Positions 13,075 through 26,143 are shown, counted from the first letter of the stretch. The stretch is DNA of 64,000 nt from Octopus bimaculoides (GCF_001194135.2 NC_068981.1:77630078-77694077); one strand, 5' to 3'. Translations and numbers: made by a program. The notes: generated from the letters alone by a model not told the origin.

Positions 13075-14760
13075 ACCAAAAATCAAAGACAATGACTAAA
13101 CTGAACACACTCAATCACAGAGATCAAGAAGGTTTAACAAACAAAGAATGTGTCTACCAAACCTATTTTGATTGCCAGACTAGCTACTTCTACGGTCTCC
13201 CCAAAATCCATAAGAATCAAACTATTAAGAATGCAAGTAAAGAACCAACTTGCATAAACATACAATATCTCACCCACCTTAAATTTAGACCAATCGTAGC
13301 ATGCCCGATCTGTGAAACACCGACTCAGCAACTTTTTAAATATATTACTGAAACCTATTTTAAAACATATACCCAGTTTTATGAGGAACGACCTGGATCT
13401 GTTAAACCACCTCTCAAAATCCATAAACAATGATACTACTATTGTATCTTTTGATGTGGTAAATCTATATACCACAATCCCACACTAATATAGACTAGAG
13501 GCAATAAATTTCTGGCATGAGAAATTCTCTCATGAAATTCCGGACAGAATTGAAAAGAGTTTCATCACTGAAGGATTAAAGTTTATCCTCGAAAACAACT
13601 TTTTTGACTTCGATGGCAATATTTATAAACAAATATCTAGGACTGCGATGATGGCAAAAGTTGCTCCGACTTACGCCAGTCTAGTCATGGCATACAGGGA
13701 GGTCCAAATATATAAAGAATCTAAATTAATATATGGCTTGAACTTCCACAAATATCTACTACATAACTGGAAACGTTATTTAGATTACTGCCTAATCCTA
13801 TGGACGTACACATTTGAACTTATAGATTTCAAAAATCTAATCAATAGCATAAACGATAATATTAACTTTACCATGGAATGCAGTAAAACTCAACTACCAT
13901 TCCTGGATATACTAATCATCAAAAGAGATAAAATCATTGAAACAGATATGCACTACAAGATTTTAAACAGCACTTACTGTTCTCCTCTTGCCATCCCAAA
14001 TACACAAAGAATAATATCCCCTTTCATCTAGTAATAAGAATCTGCACAATTATCTCAAATCCCGAAACTAGCAATAAAAGACTCCAGGAACTAAAACAAG
14101 TACTACTTAAAAGACAATATCTATTAATTCTAATAGACAACGGAATATAAGGCGCCAAAATAATAAATATCGAAGTACTACGAAAAACGGAAAACGCTCC
14201 AGTTACATCCAATACTCTACCCTTTATTGCAACGCATAATCCAAGAAACACAGAGGTTTACAATATTATCCACCAGAACATCCCACTTACCAAAACAAGA
14301 CCCAAGAATGAAACAAACATTCGAAATACACAAAACAATCAAAAGTCCCTCAAAACATTCTTCACAAGTGCTAAATTACCTTCCACAATTCCTACACCAG
14401 CAGTAAAACTGCTGGACCTGCATCAACCTTATTGAAGACACAACAAACAGATTCAAATCGAGGGAGATTTTTACCATAAAAAAATTACTTTACATGTTCT
14501 TCAAGGAATTTAATAAACGCCATCATAGGTCAAACAAAGCTTACTCTAACAAATAGACCGACCATTCACCGACAACAAATGCAAGACCCCAGTACTAGAC
14601 AGATTCCACTGAGTGGACACATAGTCATGTGTGCAAAAAACAAGTCCCCCAAATTCTACTTCTTCCTCACTCTACCTCATATTTAGCGAAAATCACAGAT
14701 GAAGCACGGATAAACAAAGGAAAGGCTTTCATACAAAAGTACAAACCAAGACTTAACAAA
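13075..14760 (+). mobile_element. Neptune/Naiad-like PLE, disrupted RT + C-terminal GIY-YIG
   Basis: FYGLPKIHK, RPIVACP, VSFDVVNLYTTIP, TAMMAKVAPTYASLVM, RYLDYC, LPFLDILI; C-terminal CWTC and IGQT remnants ending FIQKYKPRLNK; many frameshifts. Confidence 0.9.
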
Positions 14761-15419
14761 CCTTAACAGAGTACATGCATAAATAACAATTCACACGCAA
14801 AATTCATTCTATCACTTAATATGAAGGAGCTACACAGCTAACAACCTAAATTTTACCAACTGGACTACATATAAACGACTCCTGTTCACTCTCCCACCAG
14901 ACAGATTAAATTAGGAGTGCCTTAATTAAAACGAAACATGTGCACTCAACCGTATCGGCTTTCTTTTTAGGCGTAAAATATAGTCACGTGACACTAACGC
15001 ACGAACGTATCGGGAAACGGACAAGAGGTTATAAACTTAATCATGTGTTCATTCTCTGCAAACACTTGGCAGAAAACATTTAGAGCATTGATTGTTTGAA
15101 CATGTTCAGTCAACCGTGTCAGCCTTAACTTACGATGCCAAACATTGTCACTTGATATTAACAAACGGACGTAGTGAGACCCTACAAAAATTTCTAGGAC
15201 CAGTCATGTGACTATCCTCTACTAATCTAATCCTATTCAAAATATATATTAATTTGAGCCATGAACTCCCTATAAAAATAGGGCAAGCTTCAAACAATAG
15301 TCAGAAGCAAGACAGCTGCAACATAAGCCTTGTCTTTCTATTTGAACTTTTTGAAAATCAGTGTAAACTGTGAAACCGGTTAAAGCTTCAAATATATTAA
15401 TAAAAGATATTGTAACTAT
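14748..15419 (+). repeat. 3' pseudo-LTR of the Neptune/Naiad-like PLE
   Basis: Follows the ORF end; aligns in reverse complement with 54491-55133. Confidence 0.85.
15341..15392 (+). ncRNA. Type I hammerhead-like motif with U3:A8 core
   Basis: TTTGAACTTT-TTGAAAA-T-CAGT(GTAA)ACTG-T-GAAA-CCGG-T-T-AAAGCTTCAAA: 10 bp stem I with one bulge, GNRA-capped stem II, palindromic stem III ACCGGT. Confidence 0.65.
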
Positions 15420-15757
15420 NNNNNNNNNNNNNNNNNNNNNNNNNNNNNNNNNNNNNNNNNNNNNNNNNNNNNNNNNNNNNNNNNNNNNNNNNNNNNNNNN
15501 NNNNNNNNNNNNNNNNNNNNNNNNNNNNNNNNNNNNNNNNNNNNNNNNNNNNNNNNNNNNNNNNNNNNNNNNNNNNNNNNNNNNNNNNNNNNNNNNNNNN
15601 NNNNNNNNNNNNNNNNNNNNNNNNNNNNNNNNNNNNNNNNNNNNNNNNNNNNNNNNNNNNNNNNNNNNNNNNNNNNNNNNNNNNNNNNNNNNNNNNNNNN
15701 NNNNNNNNNNNNNNNNNNNNNNNNNNNNNNNNNNNNNNNNNNNNNNNNNNNNNNNNN

Positions 15758-15904
15758 GGAAAACAAAACCAAGGCGGGACGAGCAACTCAGGTCATTCTC
15801 AATATTTGATTAAAGTGAAAATTAATCAAAAAAGGATTCATTTTTACTCTAATTAAATATTCAAAGTGACCTGGGATGCTCGTCCAGCCTTGGTTTTGTT
15901 TTCC
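15758..15904. repeat. Foldback inverted repeat (70 bp arms, 7 nt loop)
   Basis: Arms 15758-15827 and 15835-15904 match at 60/70 positions by manual alignment. Confidence 0.9.
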
Positions 15905-16192
15905 TTTTCCTTTAATATAATTCTGCTGACTCGGAATCCTCCAGTCCTGAGGCACTTCCTCACTTCTCCAACAGTGATAAATTAATATATTTAAGAGTTC
16001 AGATATTTTGTCAAGCCCATATTTCAAGTTCTCTGCGCAGATTGCATCAGACCCTGGAGACTTATTGTTATCCAACTTATCCACAGCTAAATAAATGTCA
16101 TTTAGATTTGGTTCAAATGCTATCTCCACTATAACTGGAAGGTGTTCGATTTTTTTCACTTTTCTTTTTTTTTTATCAGGGTCTTGCATCAA
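15905..16192 (-). mobile_element. RTE (BovB-like) RT N-terminal part, inverted
   Basis: NNKSPGSDAICAENLKYG...CWRSEEVPQDWR (~KAPGPDGIPAEILK...EEVPQDWRD). Confidence 0.85.
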
Positions 16193-16199
16193 GATATGA

Positions 16200-16600
16200 A
16201 GGCTGGAATTAAGTTTTGGTGGTAGACTTTCTGACTATTTTGCCGTGGAAAATGGAGCAAAGCAAGGAGACCTTGATGCACCCACCCTTTTTGCAATGTT
16301 CTTTGTTGTCGTGCTGTCACACGCATTTCAAAACTCTGAGGAGGGTATTTACATAAAATATCGAACAACAGGAAATGCTTTTAACCTGACCAGACTGAAA
16401 TTCAAAACAAAGGTTTTTACTTTACTCATTACAGAACTCTTATACGCTGACGAATGCGATCTAGTCAGTCATTCTGAAACAAGTCTGCAATCTCTTGTAT
16501 CTGCATTTGACTCAGCTTGTGATGATTTTGGCTTGATCATCAGCTTGAGAAAAAAAAACAGTTGTAATGTATCAACCTACACAGACTATGAAGAAAGTTA
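16200..16600 (+). mobile_element. RTE (BovB-like) RT core fragment
   Basis: NGAKQGDLDAPTLFAMFF...FNLTRLKFKTKV...ELLYADECDL...FGLIISLRKK. Confidence 0.9.
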
Positions 16601-17277
16601 GGTGGTATGAGATGAATATATCTATTTCACCAGTCGATATCCATGTGTGTGTGAGATAGAGAGAGAAAGAGGGGGGTATGTGTGAGCAAGTTTGTGTATG
16701 CATATGTGGATATGCATACGTGTGCATGTATGCATATGTGTATATCTGAATATATGCATACTTATGTATGTGTATATGTTTGTATGTTTCTGCAGCTATG
16801 ATGCGTGAGGATGTGGCGGTGGGAGGGATGTTAATTTAGGTAATATTTAAACAGTACATACTCTCATACCTGAGTGATGCCTATTATATTTGCGATGTCC
16901 TTTGTCAAGAGACATTGTCAATTCAGACAGTGCTTTTAAGATTTTAATTATATAAGCAGTTCAGTGATAGGATTTTGTAATCTGACAGTATTGCATGCTA
17001 TAATCTATTACGGTAAAGCGCACAGTACCGTCGAGGTGTTTATAGCTGTCTGTACACAGAATATTTCCCGAAAATATAAACATAAGTTGTTTATGTCTTT
17101 CTATATACAATAGTAGCAGAAAAAAGCTATAGAGTTACTCTCTAGTACAATAGTGCATGGAAACTACTCGCTATTAAAGCAACGGTAATTTATAAATCGA
17201 ACCACTACAGGAATGAATTATATATGCAAATTGGTTTATTCAAATATATTTTGGATCTAATAATAGTAGATTAATAA

Positions 17278-17470
17278 GGCGGCGAGCTGGCGAATTCGTT
17301 AGCACGCCGGGAAAAAGGCTTTACGTTCTGTGTTCAAATTCCGCCGAGATCCGCTTTGTCTTTCATCATTTCATGGTCGATAAAATATGTACCAGTTGAG
17401 CACTGGGGTCGATCTAATCAACCTATCCTTCCCACGAAATTTCTGACTTTGTGCCATAAACTTGAAAACA
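17278..17470 (+). mobile_element. SINE family A
   Basis: GGCGGCGAGCTGGCG...GTTCAAATTCCGCCGAG; matches 9160 and 35158. Confidence 0.85.
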
Positions 17471-18175
17471 ATAATAATAGATTTATAAGCACTGTCTCCA
17501 TGGGCAGCTGGAGAGAATCCTTAGTCACTGATAAATTCTGAATACAATATGACTGATCCCTAGTTTTCAATCCACAAAGTTATTGTCTCTAAAGACGTTT
17601 ATTTATTTCTAATTACACATAGTTGGTTAAAAGAAACAAAACACATTGACGCTCTCTCTTAGTATTCATTACACAAAAGTCCCCTTTGAAATTGTTTCCA
17701 TTTTTTCTTTTGTTGATAATCGTAATGAGCATGACTACATAATCTTGCCATTACTATACATTTGATAGCTTATATGTTTTGCCAGAAGGAATTAGCATGC
17801 TGCACCGAAGAGTCCAAATAAAATCGAAACAAGTACATTGCTTTCACCAGTTGATGCTAAAGACAAAATGCATCGCCTTAAATTTTCAAAAATTAGGCTA
17901 GTCGATATTATTGAAGTTACCCTCCTTGATTCTTTTTGCTTAGATTTTAAATACATCTAGATGGTAGGTATCTTTTTATCCCAATCTACTTGGTCTTCTT
18001 CTTTTAAGTTTCCCGGTTGTCACAAAGCCTTCGAAACTTTGATTTCTCATATGTTGTCCTTTGAAACTAATCTGTTGCCTTCTCATCTTTTTAGGAAGCT
18101 TTCTGACCATTTCTGATCATCGATGAGTTTATATATAAATGGATATAAAACATAATATACATTAATGTGTGTGTG

Positions 18176-18239
<64 letters not shown>

Positions 18240-18244
<5 letters not shown>

Positions 18245-18432
18245 TACCACCATCGCTTGAGAACAAATGGTAGTGTGTTTATATCCGCCCGTAACTTAGC
18301 GGTTCGGAATAAGAGACCAGTAGAATAAGTACAAGGCCTATAAAGAATAAGTACGGGGGTCGACTTAAAAACCTTGAAGGCGGTGTTCCAGTATGGCTGC
18401 AGTCAAATGACTGAAACAAGTAAAAGAATAAA
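18240..18432 (+). mobile_element. SINE body (family B)
   Basis: CCGTAACTTAGCGGTTCGG...GCAGTCAAATGACTGAAACAAGTAAAAG; six copies in the window. Confidence 0.85.
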
Positions 18433-19059
18433 AGAATAAGTTTGTACATATAAGTGAAAAAAAAACGGAGATATACAAGCTTGTCATAAAAATCATTCTT
18501 GTGTTTTGAGAAATAATAAATAGATAATTATGTACAAAATAATGTATTGAAACAGGCGAAACGATTAATAGACATTTATGCTGGACATTCCTTTCTTCAG
18601 AGCTCTTATACATAAAAGAGGTTGGAGAACTCAATTATCAAAAGTGTATTTTAGAGTAGATAGGAAAATTTTGGTAAACTCTTTCACTATAAATTATATC
18701 AAGTCATCACGCCATTGAGGATTTCTCTTGTATACTTCTACCTTAACTACAGTATGTGTTCAGCGAGTATCCAGAAGAGTCAGGCCTTCTGTAAGTGTCT
18801 CTAAGTAAGTGTCCAGAAGAGTTAGGCCTGGCCTTCTTGCGGGCCAAGAGACTGGGTAAGAATGACCTGACTATTTTTCATACAGTATGTAATTTTGGAA
18901 TTCCCTCACTTGGAGTCCCCAGTCGATGAGAGTGCCATTGTATACAAACAATGGAACCTATTAGAAATAGGTTCTGGCCTATTGTTTGGAGAGCTTTAAA
19001 GTTAGTATAAACGAATCTTTCAATATGTTTAAATATTTTTCTTGAAAAACATTATAACA

Positions 19060-19460
19060 TCTTCTAAAAAGCCTTAAGCACCTATCAACTTGTCCTGCAA
19101 TCGCATCCCAACACTGACACCAGGAATTATTAGAGAAGAAATTCTCTTATAGTGTTTGATGTGTTCACATTCACTAATCACGCTTAACGATCATTGCATT
19201 AACATGAAATGTAGCTTCATCCAAGAATAAGGAGATGTTGGATGAGAAAATTGTTATTTGTATAATCTTTCCTTCACTAATTGAAAATATTCCCTTTTAG
19301 CTGCTTCGTCACCAGACAGTATTCATTGTACAAAAGTGAAATGAGTTGTTCTCAACTTAATCGTGTATTTCAAAGATTTTCTGGTTGTTTTATATGGCGT
19401 GTTCATTTATAATGGAGTAATTTTGATATTCAGAATGAGTCCTAATTAGAAATGTCAGCA
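19060..19460 (-). mobile_element. Degraded maT/DD37D-like transposase remnant
   Basis: Minus-strand translation includes LFLDEATFHVN (~FSDEATFHLNG). Confidence 0.45.
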
Positions 19461-20079
19461 GTCTAATACCTGCCAAAAAAATAGCCGCCTGTTGATAAAT
19501 CTTGGGTACTACTAGCTCCACCACATTCTTTATAAATGTTTAAAAGTTTTATCGCCTGGAGGTTGGTTTTCACATAAACTTCTCTACTCGCATTAAACAA
19601 AGAATGGTGGACAATTATTCTCCGATCAATTTGAGATAACATTTCAGCAAAAATAGAATAGAATAAAAAAATAATCAATAAAATAACTTCGTAGATATAT
19701 CTAGATAAAAGCAAAATCAATAGAATTATTTCATTCAAATAGGTAATTATAGTAAGAGAAATACATGAGGGACTTTACCGCCAGCCTGTGGGACTCATTA
19801 TATAAGAGAGTATATTGTTTTGATTCAGCCGTAAAGTCCCATGAGTGACTCAAGGACCGAGATTTTCGTGCATTGCATTCATCAAACAGACTTATAAATC
19901 GTAAATCCACACTCCTATTAGAGGATGGATTTTTAATTTCTTCTAGAATCTTCAATCAAAAATATTAAATTGCCCACTAACTTAAAATAAGGGATAAATA
20001 CAAATAATAAAATCAAATAGTGTATAAACCCATTCAACGAAGTTCAGGCATATTCCGATTTTTTTTCATATTTTGGCAC

Positions 20080-20230
20080 AAGGCCAGCAGTTTTAGTGAG
20101 TTGGTGCAAGTCGATTATAATAATTTTAGTACTTTACTTCTAGTACTTTATTTTATCGACATCCAACGTATAATGGAATTTGAACTCAAAACGTAGTCAC
20201 AGGAAATGTTGTTAAGCATTTTCTTCAACC
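20080..20230 (-). mobile_element. Highly degraded family A-like SINE
   Basis: GGAATTTGAACTCAAAACGTA...AAGCATTT resembles the minus-strand copy at 37831-38043. Confidence 0.45.
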
Positions 20231-20389
20231 CCTCTAGTTTGCGGCTCTACGAAGGCATTCATAAAAAATACAAATATAAACACAGGTATGCGTACATGAA
20301 TAGAATATGTATACACGTAGACATGCATATATTTCTATACTCATGGCGTATATATATATAAATCATCTTTAACATTTGTAACGAATGTT

Positions 20390-20705
20390 ATCGCATGTTG
20401 TTATACACCGCTGGTCACAATACGCTTCCAATTCTTTCTTGATTGAGCCATTCTTTTCCATCTTGGCTTACATTGTTTTACTAAATCGTTTTCACATCCA
20501 TCAACGAGGTGAACTTTCGAATGTCCTTTTCCGATCTTTCGGATACTATTCGGCTAATGCACGAATTTACATGTTGTCTGTGAGCTTTGCCTCATGTCCG
20601 GCCCAGCGGAAACTTATGCTTTTAATATTCTGCGATCACATGATTCGCTCCGCTTCGTCCTCGAATCATCTCATTTCGAATATACTTTCGGAACGACATT
20701 CCTCA
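20390..20705 (-). mobile_element. RTE LINE 3' end remnant
   Basis: IRNEMIRGRSG..., RWAGHEAKLTDN..., YPKDRKR (~RWAGHVAR..DNRWT...WYPRD.KR). Confidence 0.75.
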
Positions 20706-22663
20706 CATGGATATATATCAGGCACACTCATGACCACCGATGTACACACACACACACACACACACACACGTCTGTATGTATGTTTGTATGTATGTGTACC
20801 AGTGTGTCTGCGTGTGCGTTGCGTAAGTTAAACGGCTACTCTTTCACGCTGGTCACTAACATCATTCTACTCTACCTGTCATAAATGAATTACTGGCCGG
20901 TTTAATACGCTTCTTGCTTCTTTTTCCTTCTATTCTTTTCCTCTTTACTATTTTCATTTTTGCTTTTATTTGCTTCATTTTTTTTATTTATACTCATCTT
21001 TAAGTAAGTCTATTTAATATATAAAGTAATTATTTTTTCTGAACTTGGAATATATTGGTCTAGTATATAGTTGCTTTTTGCACTTTGGTTTTGTATTTCT
21101 TTGGTTTCTTTCATATTCAATTTATCTTTCTTTTCCTTCTCTACCTCATTTTCTTTCCTCATTTTAATTTGTTATCTGTAATATATATCAATTTTTTTGT
21201 AATTAATAGTAGTTATTATAAGTCTGTTTTTGTTTGTTTGATTTTGTTATTGTTTTTTTTCTGTTTTGGTCCTTTCATGAGGACGGCTTTTGAACGTTTG
21301 GACACGTAGTTCACTATGTATATATGGAATAATTATTTTCATAGATAGTCGCAATGCCTGGGTAGACAACGTAATGGCGAAAGGTGAATATGGAAGGCTA
21401 GCTGCCATTTGAAGTCTGACTCCAGCCATTACGTGTTCCATTACAGTAATGTAAATATTAACTCCCAATACGTATATATCGTTAAGTATTTTGTTTTGTT
21501 TTTATTCGTGGAAATAAATACACTTTAATGGAACAAAATCCTATGTCTGTTCCAAATTGACAAGTCGAGAATGGCAAAAAATTAAACAGAAGAAAATTTC
21601 TGATTGAACAGGCTTCAAACAAGAATTAAGTAATTTCAAACAATGTTAAAAGGTTTAGAAAATGATATAACGCAAAATGAAAATATTATGTTGGCATGCA
21701 TAATGTTAGAGAATACAGAATAAACAAGCTTTTGATTTGCAGAACATAAATAAGCGTATGTATGTTTTCACTAAATATTATGTATACAGTCAAATTTGTC
21801 TGGCACGTCGCGAATTAGTGACGTGTTGAAAAAGGTTTTCTTTTAATATTCAGATTCGCTATATAACGATGTAAATAAAGCAGACGACAAAGTCAGGCGA
21901 CGCAAATCTGTTACCAGCTCAATAGAAATTAACAGCAAAACCACGAAATGTTTCATAATGACACAGTCAAATAGCAGTCTGAAGGTAGAAGAAGAGACAG
22001 AAAAAATAACTGAAATGTCTTTTAATTCGAAGATCGAAAATATCTGGGTTGTTATTCTTTGGCTAATCGTTTTCAGAGCACATTGCAGTTGATGAAAAGA
22101 GAAGCTGCAATTGTGACAGTATCAGAGTTGGAGTTGGTTAAAACTGGCGATGGTTATATCTTAAATGATAATCGTAGTTATTGAATAACAACTCGAACAG
22201 TCAGAACTGGAATATGATAACCTGTTATATTTAGCAAAAATATTTACAAGGATAAATGAATGGCCTTCTTCCCCGAAAACAATCATTTCGATAATGTCTC
22301 TCAAAGACCAGCAAGAAGTCTGGCAACGGGACAACTTTAATTTGATTATGAAAATGTCTCGGTATTTATAGGTTTCAAGTAGGCTCAAACAAACAGATTT
22401 TTCCTCGTACGCCATTATGCGCTAAAACAATGCAAATGTGAGCAATGACTTAAGATTGGACAGAAGCTGTCCAGAAGCCTGTTAACAAATAAATACAACT
22501 GAACCAGGGTAGAAAGCTATGTTATAAATCAGGAGACATAGAGTTCGATTTTGCTAAAACGTCTATATCAATGAAATTTAGATTCTTAGTAAACTGGTGT
22601 ATTTAATTTTTGTACTGAAAAACTAAATATATACGTGTGCAAATGTGTAAAATAGATCTTAGG

Positions 22664-22720
<57 letters not shown>

Positions 22721-22764
22721 AACATACTTACACACATATATACATACATACATACATACATACA

Positions 22765-22798
<34 letters not shown>

Positions 22799-23424
22799 CA
22801 TACATACTGTATTACTGTATATATGCGTTTCCTAAGTAAGGTACTTTGTTATTAGTCTATTCAGACTGACGATTAAGACTGGGTTTGTATTCCCAGTTTC
22901 CTCTCTTAGCACTGGACTATAATGTGCAATATGATATCCACACTGACAGTATAGATTCGATCAGTGTGTTTGTGTAATGCATATTAATAAGAAATTGACC
23001 TACCTTTATTTTCGGCAGAGCTATTCCGGTGCTAATCGAAATTTCCAACTGTAATCTGAGCTATTTTTCCTACATGAGTTTTGGGGGAAATTTAATTAAC
23101 TTCCTTCTTTTCACCTTATGCAATATACTCTAATTACTTAAGTAACAGACGGTATGTGGATTCGCAGTACAAACATAGGTGTACCAGCCAAAAGGCTATG
23201 ACTTACAGATGTGAAATCGACTGGATCTAAATGCTTCCTTTTTATTAACGACTTTAAAACTAGGACTAGTTTCTGAAAAGATTTTCTCAAATCTTTTTAG
23301 CTATTTGGCATGGTATCAATAAACATTATGCTATCAAGTATTTTGTTATCGCACCATGTATCGTAGTTGCTTTATTCTTTTACCTTGACTTTATAAGTCA
23401 AAAATTAGGACACAGACCATATTA

Positions 23425-23483
<59 letters not shown>

Positions 23484-23681
23484 TATATGTACATATATGT
23501 ATCTCAAAATTCCATTACACACCGTAACCCAGTCCTTTTGTATGTAACAAGCAGAAACACATTCTATGCCTTGTCGATGTCGTTGCTTAGCCTGGGTCAT
23601 CTTGCATTGATCATATCCAGTCATGACTTTTGATTCTTTACTACTGTCAGCTCGAGAGATACAGCTCTTAAAACATTTACT

Positions 23682-23748
23682 CAACCACGACGAGACTCGA
23701 AATCTTCTGACTTGAAGTTAGACGCTTTATCCATTAAGCAACGCGGTC
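23682..23748 (-). pseudogene. tRNA-Arg(TCG)-derived pseudogene or SINE head
   Basis: Reverse complement GACCGCGTTGCTTAATGGATAAAGCGTCTAACTTCAAGTCAGAAGATTTCGAGTCTCGTCGTGGTTG resembles metazoan tRNA-Arg(TCG); deletion before the T-arm and a mutated anticodon. Confidence 0.65.
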
Positions 23749-24064
23749 AGCTTCCTTTTTCTACTGTGTGAATGAATATATTGTCAAATGAGTCATACCC
23801 ATTTTAATAAAGTAGGGTGTGAGTTGAAGATCATTTATAATATATATCACGTGGTTCGAGCGACAACGTAGGGATCTTCCTCGTTGGCATGTTATATACT
23901 GTAACGCACAATGGTGCTCTATGTAAATATAAGTATAGCCGGGTAATTATATATGCATGAACTGCGACTTACTATTTAATAAGGGTCTGATTAGCTACCT
24001 TCAAGATATTTCTACGCAAAATACAACAAAAATAATCATAATTCAAAAAAAGGGACATATGATC

Positions 24065-24200
24065 TAAGAAGTTTACTTCCCAACTACATGGTTTCAGGTT
24101 CAGTTGCATGGTGTGTCCCTTGGGTGTCTTTTATTATAGCCCCAAGCCAACCAAAACCTTGTTAGTGAATTTTGTAGACGGAAAATAAGCCCGCCGTAGA
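24065..24200 (+). mobile_element. Degraded SINE head (family C)
   Basis: CCCAACTACATGGTTTCAGGTTCAG...CCAAAACCTTGTTAGTGAATTTTGTAGACGGAAA. Confidence 0.65.
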
Positions 24201-24959
24201 TATATATATATACAGAACTTTTTCAATCATCACCTGATCTAGTTTGTTTGGTTGCCAGCATTTCAAAAATTAAAGTTTATCGAAATTTTTTTAATTTGGC
24301 ACAATAATATACTTTTCCAATCTCAACTGCAGCAGTTATTTAACTTTTTCCAAAAATGTTATAGACGTTTAAATTTTGATCATTTTCACCCAGTCAGGAA
24401 ACAGTATTTGGAAGCTGTCATTTTGTGCGTGGCTGCACATTTTGTCGTAAACAGCCGGAAAATAGCACGTGTTGTCAAGAGAGAGTAAGCAACACGCCTT
24501 TTGGAGATTTAATGTTATTTAGCTACGGCCCATCCCCAGTTCTTCAATACAAAACTGGACTGAAGTCAATTCCTTAACCCATGAGTAAAGGAAGAGCACT
24601 ACAAGAGTTCTCGGTCCCGCTTGTTATTATAGAAATAGGCACGTGCTTTCTCGCAGACAAAAGGATTCTCATGTTCTGCTTGTTATTATGGAAACAAACA
24701 TGAATGTGTCTGTGGCTAACAATCGGCTAAAATTACCAACATTTTCAAACTCTAATTGCTAATAACTCTTTGTGTATTGATTTATAACGAAAATGATTTT
24801 CACATAATTCATTTGCCTATAAAGGTGTATCATTACACTGAATACGAAATCATTTCGTAAACAATTCATGCTGGCAATCAAACAGACTAAATCCTTTAAC
24901 GTGCGCGCGCGTGTGTTTGTGTTTGTGTGTGTGTTTGTTTGTTTTTTATGTTTGTGTTT

Positions 24960-25145
24960 ATACTCCTCACCCCTTGGCGATCGGTATTGCTTTGTTTATA
25001 TTTCCGTATCCTAGCGGTTCAGCTACAGAAAACAATAGAATAAGTAAAACCAAAATAAGTACTGAAGTTGATTTGTTCCAACAACAACCTTCCAAAGCAG
25101 TATCTCAACATGGCTGCAGTCCAATGACTGAAACAAGTAAATAAT
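24960..25145 (+). mobile_element. SINE body (family B), diverged
   Basis: TAGCGGTTCAG...CATGGCTGCAGTCCAATGACTGAAACAAGTAAA. Confidence 0.75.
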
Positions 25146-25697
25146 ATAAGATAAAAGATACTGAAAATGAACTCCGAAATTCTAAATCACTCGCTAACGA
25201 GCACTAAGACCTTGCTGGCATACTACCTGATATATTCAAAGATGGATGATAAACCTGCTATTTTTTGGCTAGCATCTGTTGTCAATTTTTCTCCCTTTTT
25301 TGATATATTTTATTACAAATATCTTGTGTTGTTTTTACTTGGTGGTGTCATTGGCATTATTTGAGCCATTGTTAATGTTGATGCCGCCGTTATTGTTGGC
25401 ACTGTTAACATCGATCTTGTCGTTGTTGATGCAGTTTGCCGTTGGCAAACATCTGGTGGTTCTGCAGGCAATTAGATTACTTTTGCGAATCCAAATTTTT
25501 CAATGCAAGGCTTAGCAAAACTTCAACAATAATTTGCAATAGCTAACTAGTTTATCAATATCAAATTGGCATGCTGCTGGGTACACATTAATAGATGAAT
25601 GCCAACTGCTGATTCTGATGCTGCTTATGCTACCAACGCTGCTGTTGCTATTGATGATGATGTTCAGATAGCGTTAATGGTTGTTGTAGTTTCTATA

Positions 25698-25744
<47 letters not shown>

Positions 25745-25788
25745 TGATGATGATGATGATGATAATAATAATAATAATACTAATAATA

Positions 25789-25821
<33 letters not shown>

Positions 25822-25830
25822 ATGATGACG

Positions 25831-25892
<62 letters not shown>

Positions 25893-25905
25893 CATAATAA
25901 TAATC
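25698..25905. repeat. Compound (AAT)n/(GAT)n microsatellite
   Basis: Directly visible. Confidence 0.98.
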
Positions 25906-25955
25906 GTTCATGATTTAGGCACGAGGCCAGAGAATATTAATACTATTACTATTAA

Positions 25956-26085
25956 GGCGGGGAGCTGGCAGAATCGTTAACATGCTGGGCGAAATGCATA
26001 GCTACATTTCGTTTGTCTTCGTGTTCTGAGTTCAAATCACGCCGAGTGTACCCCTCATCCTTCGCCCCTGTGGAAAATAAATGAA
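25956..26085 (+). mobile_element. SINE family A, degraded, followed by (ATT)n
   Basis: GGCGGGGAGCTGGCAGAATCGTTAAC...GAGTTCAAATC. Confidence 0.75.
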
Positions 26086-26087
26086 AC

Positions 26088-26143
<56 letters not shown>

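Noticed and set aside
14400-14760. Selenocysteine/SECIS-type recoding known for some Naiad PLEs
   Set aside because: The GIY-YIG region is too frameshifted to place an in-frame TGA, and I identified no SECIS
25599-25980. Poly-N/D and poly-I ORFs
   Set aside because: Translations of the (AAT)/(GAT) microsatellite
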